Below, in pieces: positions 17,490-24,981 of a DNA stretch of 45,377 nucleotides (position 1 is its first letter; the number at the start of each line of letters is the position of its first letter). Position numbers and translations under genes: made by a program. Where the stretch lies: the NCBI GenBank assembly GCA_034428855.1, contig DAOUGX010000001.1, forward strand, positions 1-45,377. Direction: 5' to 3'. The stretch is from Anaerolineaceae bacterium (lineage in GTDB: Bacteria; Chloroflexota; Anaerolineae; Anaerolineales; Anaerolineaceae). The notes beneath the pieces are model-generated. The model had not been told where the DNA came from. It was given only the letters and a program-made list of their open reading frames with translations, and did no database searches.

Positions 17490-19664
17490 TTAGAACAAAA
17501 TCAGATAAAAAATCAAACCACCCAACAAAGAAAATGCAAGCGCCAGGACCATGTAATCCTGAATTCTTCCAGACTGAGTAACTTTCAGGTTTGTTCCTAC
17601 TTTTCTGGTACCAGTAGCAAGTTGATCCCCTCCACGATTGATGACAGGTAAATCAAACCAAAATCGAAATTTGTCACCTAACCAGAGACTGATTTTTCCA
17701 ACACCATGCAAAAAACCATCAAAAATCCTTTGGTCGAAAAATTGGTAGACAACTTTATCCGCTATCCAATGTGCTGGGCGAATAAAAATAATCTGATAAA
17801 ACTCATCTATATAATATTTGTTTGCTAAAACTTTATAAAATCCGGAAAGCGACCATTCAAGTGGATCTTTTTCTCTACCAGAAATCCGTTTATATAACAT
17901 CCATCCCAGAAATAATCCACCTAAACTAACCACCAGGGAAGTTATTAATGGAATAGAACTATGATGTTCAATTTGAGCATGTTCCCCATGCAACATAGTA
18001 CCCAGAAATCCTTCCAGCCAATTTGGAACGATACCACCAATGACTGGAAAATATTCAGGAATTCCCACCCAACCAATCGTTACTGCAAAAAACGCCAAAA
18101 TCATCAACGGCACCGTCATGGAATTGGGAGTTTCATGAGCATGTTTCGCTGATTCTGTACGAGCATTACCGAGAAAAACCAGGGAGATTTGTCGCATGGT
18201 ATAGAAAGCAGTGATCAAAGCAGAAATGGCTAACACCCAAAAAACCAACATAAAACCACCATTAAAGGCACCAGACAGGATCTCATCTTTTGACCAGAAT
18301 CCAGCGGTTACCACCGGGAAACCGGCCAAAGCTAAACCACCAATGACAAATGTGATGAATGTTTTTGGCATCTTTTTATAAAGGCCGCCCATATTGTACA
18401 TATCTTGCGGATCGATTTGTTCTTGTGTGTGTAAAACACCATGTTCCATTCCATGAATGATGGACCCTGATCCAAGGAATAATAACGCTTTAAAAATTGC
18501 ATGGGTAACGAGATGGAAAACAGCAGCAACATATGCCCCAACACCTAACGCTGCAACCATAAAACCCAATTGAGAAATGGTGGAATAAGCCAAAACCCTT
18601 TTTACATCGCGTTGGGCAACGGCAATCGTAGCAGAAAATAAGGCAGTAAAAGAACCAATGACAGCCATCACCAGCATCGGCGTTGTCAATGCAGAACTAC
18701 CATCCCAACCAGCAGATAGTACTGGGAAGAAACGAATCGCCAGATACACACCCGCTGATACCATGGTCGCTGCATGAATCATTGCAGAAACAGGAGTAGG
18801 TCCTTCCATTGCATCCGGCAACCAGATATGTAGTGGAAATTGGGAACTTTTCCCAACCACACCCATAAAGATCAAAAGACCAATTAAACCTGCCCAGGAT
18901 AAACCAAATACTGGCGACAAGGTGCTGGTTAACATTTGCAATGAACTTTCTGAAAAAATAACTTCATATTGTAAACTACCGGTGATGGTATATAAAGCAG
19001 CCAGACCGATTAACATAAATACATCACCAATTCTGGTCGTAAGAAAAGCTTTTTGAGCTGCAGATTTGGCAGATGGTTTAGCATACCAAAAACCAATTAG
19101 CAGGTAGGAACATAAGCCCATTATTTCCCAACCAATATACAAAGTTAACAAATTGTTACTGACTACCAATAAATACATGGCAAATGCAAATAATCCAAAG
19201 TAACCAAAAAACCGGGCATACATTGGTTCAATGGATGGCACGTGATGGTGTTTTCCATCATGGTCAATAATCTCAGCTCCATGAGGTGGTAATCCAGGTC
19301 TATCGTGGTCTCCTTTGGGTTGCCCATAATTATGATACCCAACACTATAAATAAATATCATCAGGACTGTCCAGGCGACAAAGAATAGAGTGATTGCTGT
19401 TAGTGCATCCACCTGAACACCAATCATCAACCATTTATCAGCCGTTGGAAGCCAGGAAATGGAACTGATGAGCCCATGATCTATCACATCCTCATTGGAG
19501 ATTACATAAACGAATATAACCATACTGAGCAACCAGGAAATCACTGCAGATCCAATCGCAATGGTATGACTCACTTTATTATTTTTATATGTTGCCAGAA
19601 AAATAATAAAAAATGCCAATAACGGAGGTAAAGGGATTAACCAGGTTAGAATTTCATAATTCAT
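17490..19664 (-). CDS. nuoL: NADH-quinone oxidoreductase subunit L, long form (724 aa)
   Basis: HIWLPDAMEGPTPVSAMIHAATMVSAGVYL. GGAGGA RBS. There are 112 aa between the penultimate and last TM helices, and a His-rich insertion after TM3. Confidence 0.93.
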   Translation of the reverse strand: MNYEILTWLIPLPPLLAFFIIFLATYKNNKVSHTIAIGSAVISWLLSMVIFVYVISNEDVIDHGLISSISWLPTADKWLMIGVQVDALTAITLFFVAWTVLMIFIYSVGYHNYGQPKGDHDRPGLPPHGAEIIDHDGKHHHVPSIEPMYARFFGYFGLFAFAMYLLVVSNNLLTLYIGWEIMGLCSYLLIGFWYAKPSAKSAAQKAFLTTRIGDVFMLIGLAALYTITGSLQYEVIFSESSLQMLTSTLSPVFGLSWAGLIGLLIFMGVVGKSSQFPLHIWLPDAMEGPTPVSAMIHAATMVSAGVYLAIRFFPVLSAGWDGSSALTTPMLVMAVIGSFTALFSATIAVAQRDVKRVLAYSTISQLGFMVAALGVGAYVAAVFHLVTHAIFKALLFLGSGSIIHGMEHGVLHTQEQIDPQDMYNMGGLYKKMPKTFITFVIGGLALAGFPVVTAGFWSKDEILSGAFNGGFMLVFWVLAISALITAFYTMRQISLVFLGNARTESAKHAHETPNSMTVPLMILAFFAVTIGWVGIPEYFPVIGGIVPNWLEGFLGTMLHGEHAQIEHHSSIPLITSLVVSLGGLFLGWMLYKRISGREKDPLEWSLSGFYKVLANKYYIDEFYQIIFIRPAHWIADKVVYQFFDQRIFDGFLHGVGKISLWLGDKFRFWFDLPVINRGGDQLATGTRKVGTNLKVTQSGRIQDYMVLALAFSLLGGLIFYLILF

Positions 19665-19676
19665 CGATTTCCTCCA

Positions 19677-19997
19677 TTAACCCTGTAGTGTATTGATTTC
19701 GGAAGCAACGACAGTCTTACGTAGACGATAAACTGCAATGATAATTGCTAAACCAACTGCGACTTCGGCTGCGGCAGCAATGATAACCACAGCAGCAAAA
19801 ACAAGTCCGTTTACTTCAGTTTGACCAAGAACCTGAGTGTGATAATGCCAAAAAGCCAGAATATTGATATTAACCGCATTTAACATCAATTCAATACTGA
19901 TTAAAATTGCCACAGCATTTTTTCTGGATATTGCTCCAAACATTCCAATACTGAATAAAACTGCTGCCAAAATTAGGTACCAGGAAAGTGGGATCAT
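19677..19997 (-). CDS. nuoK: NADH-quinone oxidoreductase subunit K
   Basis: 106 aa, three TM helices, conserved Glu residues (SIELMLNAVN, AAAEVAVGLAI). ATGA overlap with nuoJ. Confidence 0.93.
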   Translation of the reverse strand: MIPLSWYLILAAVLFSIGMFGAISRKNAVAILISIELMLNAVNINILAFWHYHTQVLGQTEVNGLVFAAVVIIAAAAEVAVGLAIIIAVYRLRKTVVASEINTLQG

Positions 19998-20521
19998 TTC
20001 CTCTCTCCTCCTTTTTTATCCATCGCGATGTATACTCCACCAACCAAAGCCCCTAAAAGTAATAATGAAGCCAATTCGAAAGGTAATGCAAATCCGGCAG
20101 GATCAAGTAAACCCTGACCGAATGCAACAATACTTTCCTGTCCCTGAATTTCTAAGGGAGTTAGTGTGGTATTGAAAATTTCACTTTCTGACAATCTCCC
20201 CACAAATATGACTGCAAAAACCAGAACCAGGAGTAAAACAATACCCCACGAGCGATTAATTTGTATATCCTCATCACCCATGATATTTCTAGTCAACATA
20301 ATCGCAAATATTAGAATAATCGCTATCGCACCAATGTAAACAAGAATTTGAACCGCAGCAAAGAAACTTGCTTCAAGCATTGCAAAAATAATGGCAACTC
20401 CCATTAATGTGACAATTAACCATAAAGCAGCATGGAATATTTTTCGAAGACTTACAACCAATATCGCTGAGACAATTGTGACGAATGATACTAAAAAGAA
20501 AATGATTTGTAATGGAGTCAC
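19994..20521 (-). CDS. nuoJ: NADH-quinone oxidoreductase subunit J
   Basis: 175 aa with FAAVQILVYIGAIAILIFAIML. GTG start with GGAGG upstream. Confidence 0.9.
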   Translation of the reverse strand: MTPLQIIFFLVSFVTIVSAILVVSLRKIFHAALWLIVTLMGVAIIFAMLEASFFAAVQILVYIGAIAIILIFAIMLTRNIMGDEDIQINRSWGIVLLLVLVFAVIFVGRLSESEIFNTTLTPLEIQGQESIVAFGQGLLDPAGFALPFELASLLLLGALVGGVYIAMDKKGGERK

Positions 20522-20522
20522 T

Positions 20523-21755
20523 TTAACCTCCAGTTTCCGATTGTGTAAAAGAATTGGTAGGTTGAGCCAACACCCGTTTTCTTGTTGAAACCACTTTACG
20601 TTCTTTTTCTTTTTCCAGTTTTCTGGTGATGTAAAAACCTAAATAGAACAATCCTACATTTATCAATAACAATACAGCTATCTGAATCCATTGATTGACG
20701 TTTTCAAGAATTTTATTGAAGAATGCAATCGTGATTAATAAAGAAAATGCCAGTGGGGTTAAGAACTTCCAGGTTATCGCCATCATTTGATCAACGCGAA
20801 ATCGTGGCATGCTCCCACGAATCCAGACGCCAAGGAACCAGACAACCACCGATTTAATCAAAAGATAAACAAAACCCAATATTGGTATTTGTTCGGCCCC
20901 AGGGCCACGCCATCCCCCAAGAAAAATCGTGGAGAAGATAACCGCAGAGGTGAAAGCTCTTAAAAAGTCAGCTACATAGAACATACCAAATTTCAAGCCT
21001 GAATATTCCATATTAAAACCAGCCACCAATTCCGATTCAGCTTCAGCCAAATCGAAGGGAGCCCGTCCATTCTCTGCAATTGAAGCAACGAAGAAGATAA
21101 ATGCTCCTAATGGTAATAAGAAGATATATGCAATATTCTGAGAATTTACGATATCTCCCATCGACATGGAGCCAGCCAAAATGACAACAATTAGCAAAAC
21201 GATCGCCATTGGAATTTCATAAGAAATCATTTGTGCAGAAGCCCGGAAAGCTGCGAGCATGGCATATTTATTATTAGATCCCCATCCAGCCAGGATTACA
21301 CCTAATTCACCAAGTCCACCTACTCCCAAAAGAAATAATAATGCCACATTTAAATCGGAACCCCTGACACCATCTGAAAATGGAACGACTGCCCATAAAA
21401 GTAGAACGGAAGCAACCGAAATGATGGGTGCCAAATGATACGGGATGGGATCTACTCCATCTGGAATGATGTGTTCCTTAATAAAAATTTTTAGCATATC
21501 TGCAACTGGTTGAAAGATTCCCCATGGTCCAACACGGTTTGGGCCTAAACGGTCCTGCAATCTACCGATGATTTTCCTTTCTGCCCAGATTAGAATTAAT
21601 GTAATCAATAAAGCACCGGTACCAAGAATGGCAGAACCAAGCAGATATAAAATTGGTAATTGCCATTCTGGAGTTACACTCCAATTGTTTAGCAATTGAA
21701 TTATCCAGTTTTGGATTCCTACGATCGGATCACTTAAAAATTCCAGTATATTCAT
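20523..21755 (-). CDS. nuoH: NADH-quinone oxidoreductase subunit H (410 aa, extended at both termini)
   Basis: AERKIIGRLQDRLGPNRVGPWG, PFDLAEAESELVAGFNMEYSG. There is an extra predicted C-terminal TM (WIQIAVLLLINVGLFYLGFYI) plus a basic tail. Confidence 0.93.
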   Translation of the reverse strand: MNILEFLSDPIVGIQNWIIQLLNNWSVTPEWQLPILYLLGSAILGTGALLITLILIWAERKIIGRLQDRLGPNRVGPWGIFQPVADMLKIFIKEHIIPDGVDPIPYHLAPIISVASVLLLWAVVPFSDGVRGSDLNVALLFLLGVGGLGELGVILAGWGSNNKYAMLAAFRASAQMISYEIPMAIVLLIVVILAGSMSMGDIVNSQNIAYIFLLPLGAFIFFVASIAENGRAPFDLAEAESELVAGFNMEYSGLKFGMFYVADFLRAFTSAVIFSTIFLGGWRGPGAEQIPILGFVYLLIKSVVVWFLGVWIRGSMPRFRVDQMMAITWKFLTPLAFSLLITIAFFNKILENVNQWIQIAVLLLINVGLFYLGFYITRKLEKEKERKVVSTRKRVLAQPTNSFTQSETGG

Positions 21756-21775
21756 GCTTTATCTCTCTTTTGGTA

Positions 21776-22132
21776 TCAGCGCCAGGTTAACGCATCTTTT
21801 CGCCAAATATATAGATATCCACCTAATAAGATGAGTATGAATATAATGGCTTCCACAACTGCAAATAATGCTAATTGCCCATAAGCTACGGCAAAAGGGA
21901 AAAGAAAAACAATTTCAACATCAAAAATTAAGAAAATTAATCCATAAAGATAATATTGAATTTTAAATTGAATCCAGGTTGGCTTGAATGTCTCCATGCC
22001 ACATTCATAAACAGAGTTCTTAATTTTTGTTGGTTTTTTAGGTGATAATATCCGCGCCAAAAATATGGCTACTGCTGGTAAAAATATTGCTATGATGAAA
22101 AATATACCTATATACAGCCATTGGTTCAGCAT
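21776..22132 (-). CDS. nuoA: NADH-quinone oxidoreductase subunit A
   Basis: 118 aa with YECGMETF and FLIFDVEIVFLFP. GAGGAG RBS. Confidence 0.93.
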   Translation of the reverse strand: MLNQWLYIGIFFIIAIFLPAVAIFLARILSPKKPTKIKNSVYECGMETFKPTWIQFKIQYYLYGLIFLIFDVEIVFLFPFAVAYGQLALFAVVEAIIFILILLGGYLYIWRKDALTWR

Positions 22133-22280
22133 AGACTCTCCTCATCTCATTGTTTGCCATTGATAAATTTCGCCCATCCTGCCGATGCGAGTTCATTTTA
22201 TCACAAAGGATTTTTCTTACTTTATATTCAATTTGGGATTTTCTTATTGATAATAATTGTTAATTATAATAGTTTTTAGA

Positions 22281-22874
22281 TTAGAAACCGGCAGTTCTCA
22301 TAATCTTTAGTGATCTGCACAACAATAAAAAATTTATCAATACGATCGAACTAAGAATCCATTGAAATACACTCTTACTCATTCCAAAAATTTTGAATAC
22401 TTCTATTTGGATGTCTTTAGTATATATTAACTTTCTCTGAAAATTGTCTTTTAAGGCCAATGGATTTAATTCAAGATAAACCCAGATGCTGCCTATACTG
22501 GTTGGGGTTAAGACAGGCGTAATCATCCAGTTATGATTGATAGATTTCCCAGGAATGATCGGTGTAACCAGGATTCCCGGAGGATTAATCTCAGCACCTG
22601 TCAGAATAAAATCAACCTCTAAATTCCTCAGTATTTTTTCCGGTTCAGTAGTATTTAACAAATTATCTTCAGATAAAAAAAGGGATACTCTTTCTGATTC
22701 CCCTAACCAAATTCTCTCAGGGATCTGAATTTCTAAATTATAAGTAATAGATTGAGTTTCCTTCACTTGCAATTTGTAAATAATCCTGGAAGCCGGTATA
22801 TTGATCACAATTAAAGAAGCGAGAGAAACGATGAATAATATTAATGCTAAAAATGGAGTTTGTCTTTTGCTCAT
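22281..22874 (-). CDS. Hypothetical bitopic membrane protein (N-terminal anchor, ~130-aa extracytoplasmic domain, C-terminal TM)
   Basis: Hydrophobic N-terminus FLALILFIVSLASLIVINI and C-terminal TM VFQWILSSIVLINFLLL. No family recognised. ATG 22874 is preferred over GTG 22877. Confidence 0.55.
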   Translation of the reverse strand: MSKRQTPFLALILFIVSLASLIVINIPASRIIYKLQVKETQSITYNLEIQIPERIWLGESERVSLFLSEDNLLNTTEPEKILRNLEVDFILTGAEINPPGILVTPIIPGKSINHNWMITPVLTPTSIGSIWVYLELNPLALKDNFQRKLIYTKDIQIEVFKIFGMSKSVFQWILSSIVLINFLLLCRSLKIMRTAGF

Positions 22875-22964
22875 CACTTAATTATATCGAATGGCAGATT
22901 TTCCAAACTCTATTGAAATTTATGTGCATAATATGTAATTTTGTAAAAAAATTTTGATGACTAC

Positions 22965-23585
22965 TTAGCCAATATACACTTCTACTTTGGTACCATCTTT
23001 ATCGTCAACATTTACGTACAATGGTTCGTCTGTTTTTATGTGTTGATCGATCGTAACCATCAACTCTTCCAAATCTACACCTGGTGCATTATTGCCTAAT
23101 TTTCCCTTAAACAAATTCAGAAATAATCCGATTAATTGGAACGGTATAGGAAAAGCCAGAAAAATTCTTTTTGGACGTTCACCTTCTGGTTGTCGAATAT
23201 TTACATGGATCCAACGCGCCCGTTGCAACATCCAACCCAAATATATGAAAAAAATACCACTTAAGAATGGAATCCAGGTTATCCAAAATTTAAATCTTAA
23301 CCCAACTTCCTGGTAATTTTGGTACAACCAGGAAGAAGAGTAGATAGTCAAAATGATTCCAAAAAATAAAGGGAGAACCCAAAAAACAAACGCCCAGGCA
23401 GGTTTTTCCTTTTTAATGGTGCTTAGAGTCTCAAAATTTGAGGTTCTTTCCGGTGAAATTACTTGCATAGGAGCATCTGGTTCGAACTTACTTTCTTCCA
23501 GTCTAGATAAAAGTTCAGATGCTTCATCTAATGAAATTTCACCGTTTTCAACTTGCTTAAGTATGTCTATTTGGCTTTGGTCCAT
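22965..23585 (-). CDS. Membrane protein with an N-terminal SHOCT-like bihelical motif
   Basis: N-terminus IDILKQVENGEISLDEASELLSRLEE, then 2-3 TM helices and a small C-terminal soluble segment. The track ORF starts at TTG 23606. ATG 23585 is preferred because AGGAAG lies 6 nt upstream. Confidence 0.6.
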   Translation of the reverse strand: MDQSQIDILKQVENGEISLDEASELLSRLEESKFEPDAPMQVISPERTSNFETLSTIKKEKPAWAFVFWVLPLFFGIILTIYSSSWLYQNYQEVGLRFKFWITWIPFLSGIFFIYLGWMLQRARWIHVNIRQPEGERPKRIFLAFPIPFQLIGLFLNLFKGKLGNNAPGVDLEELMVTIDQHIKTDEPLYVNVDDKDGTKVEVYIG

Positions 23586-23602
23586 GATCATCTTCCTGAA
23601 AA

Positions 23603-24763
23603 TCAAAATTGTTCTAATGCACGTAATAATCGATCTGCTTCTTCAGCAGTAATCTTTTTGTCCTGCAATAACCTTAAGATCATCATTTTTTCTTCCTGGC
23701 TGATGGAGGACCGCGTTGGCTTTGAGGGTGATTCAGACCCAGGATGGATAGGTCGAGGTGGACGAGTTGGACGAGATGGTCTGGGTATATTTCCGAATTC
23801 CTCTTTGAAAGAGAATTTTCTTTCCATCTTCTCCATAGCTTTTTGAATTTTTTCATCCGCCAATCTTGTTTTTTCTCGGATTCGATCCCCTACCTCACCA
23901 TCAATATCAAACAAATCTGAGAAATCAAACCCACTGCTCTGTATCGATCGAGCCTCAAATTTTTCGGTGATTTCGTTTACATACTCATCATCGGCTGATC
24001 CAAAGTTTTGTGAAATTTCGAATTCTGGTTCCTCATCACTTACCTTAATATTTCCACCGGCTCTTAATTTTACAACTGATTCGCCATTTCCAAATGCTTT
24101 TTCAAACTTTCCATTGGAAAATTTTTCGGTTGCTGAGTTCATAATGATTGATGCAACCCCACCAGCTTTGGCATTTATAGACAAATTATTGAATTCAAAG
24201 AGGTTTAGTTTTATCGATCCTCCAGCTCTCAATTGGTTTTCGGTTCCGACAAACCTATTCGTGATAAGTTTCAAATTTCCACCAACGGATGTTGAGAGAC
24301 TGATGCTATCAGCTTTCCCCGATAAATTGCCACCCACACCATTAATACTCATTACCCCATTTTCGACAATAAAACTCAGGTTTCCTCCAACATTGCGTAT
24401 GTCAGAATTAGAATTGATATATCCAATTTTGCAATTACCACTCACATTTTCAACAACTAAATTTTCAGCAGACTGGATGGAGCAATTTCCGCTTACATTT
24501 TCAATTAGAATTTTTCCTAAAGGGCCAACTGTTTCCAAATTTCCATAAACTCTTTCGATCACAATTTGGCTCGTCGATGGTACCGAAAGAATACAATAAC
24601 TTTTGGCATCAATAGAAAGGTGATTATTTTCAAAGTCTAATTGGCATTCTTTGTTCTCAGGATATCGAACCTCAACCTGGTCATTTTCCCAACCACGAAT
24701 GAGGACACTTTTTTTACAATTTAAATCGATTGAATTTACTAACTTAAAAGTAGCTGTTTCCAT
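23603..24763 (-). CDS. DUF4097/Toastrack-like beta-helix repeat protein with a Pro-rich linker and C-terminal SHOCT-like helix
   Basis: Repeated V(S/G)GN(C/L) rungs (VSGNCSI, VSGNCKI, VGGNLSF, VGGNLSG, VGGNLKL, AGGSIKL, AGGNIKV). Then an acidic/coiled segment, PRPSRPTRPPRPIHP, and MMILRLLQDKKITAEEADRLLRALEQF. GGAGA RBS. Confidence 0.7.
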   Translation of the reverse strand: METATFKLVNSIDLNCKKSVLIRGWENDQVEVRYPENKECQLDFENNHLSIDAKSYCILSVPSTSQIVIERVYGNLETVGPLGKILIENVSGNCSIQSAENLVVENVSGNCKIGYINSNSDIRNVGGNLSFIVENGVMSINGVGGNLSGKADSISLSTSVGGNLKLITNRFVGTENQLRAGGSIKLNLFEFNNLSINAKAGGVASIIMNSATEKFSNGKFEKAFGNGESVVKLRAGGNIKVSDEEPEFEISQNFGSADDEYVNEITEKFEARSIQSSGFDFSDLFDIDGEVGDRIREKTRLADEKIQKAMEKMERKFSFKEEFGNIPRPSRPTRPPRPIHPGSESPSKPTRSSISQEEKMMILRLLQDKKITAEEADRLLRALEQF

Positions 24764-24794
24764 AGATTTCTCCGATCGAATGAATTCTTAAATT

Positions 24795-24822
24795 AGTTTA
24801 GCATAATTTAATAAATTGTCAA
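24795..24822 (-). promoter_or_regulatory. Sigma70-like promoter for the Toastrack-like gene
   Basis: Minus strand: TTGACA (24822-24817), 16-nt spacer ending TGc, TAAACT (24800-24795). About 30 nt upstream of the ATG at 24763. Confidence 0.45.
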
Positions 24823-24981
24823 TACATTCTTTAATATAATTAAATATAATATAAATTATTTTAATATTCGATAAATGATTATAAAAATATTTAATATAAT
24901 TATTAATTTCTTCAAGAATTTTGAATTAATTGAAAATTCAGTACACTTATTATTAATAATTTTCAAACAGGAGAAAGAATA

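Noticed and set aside
22133-22280. About 48-codon ORF beginning ATGAACTCGCATCGG upstream of, and out of frame with, nuoA; also attempts to call a nuo promoter
   Set aside because: The ORF has no SD and overlaps the nuoA start in another frame. Several weak -35/-10 combinations exist in this AT-rich gap, but none is convincing enough to annotate.
23967-24548. 193-aa plus-strand ORF antisense to the Toastrack-like gene
   Set aside because: It is a mirror-frame ORF produced by the repetitive GGN-AAY-YTN codon pattern of the sense gene. Its product is low-complexity Pro/Phe/Ser-rich, it has no RBS, and the sense frame carries the recognisable domain architecture.
24830-24902. Exact 13-bp direct repeat TTTAATATAATTA at 24830 and 24890 (60-bp spacing) as possible operator sites
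   Set aside because: The region is almost exclusively A/T. A 13-mer match among about 200 A/T-only positions is roughly what chance predicts. No dyad symmetry supports a binding site.
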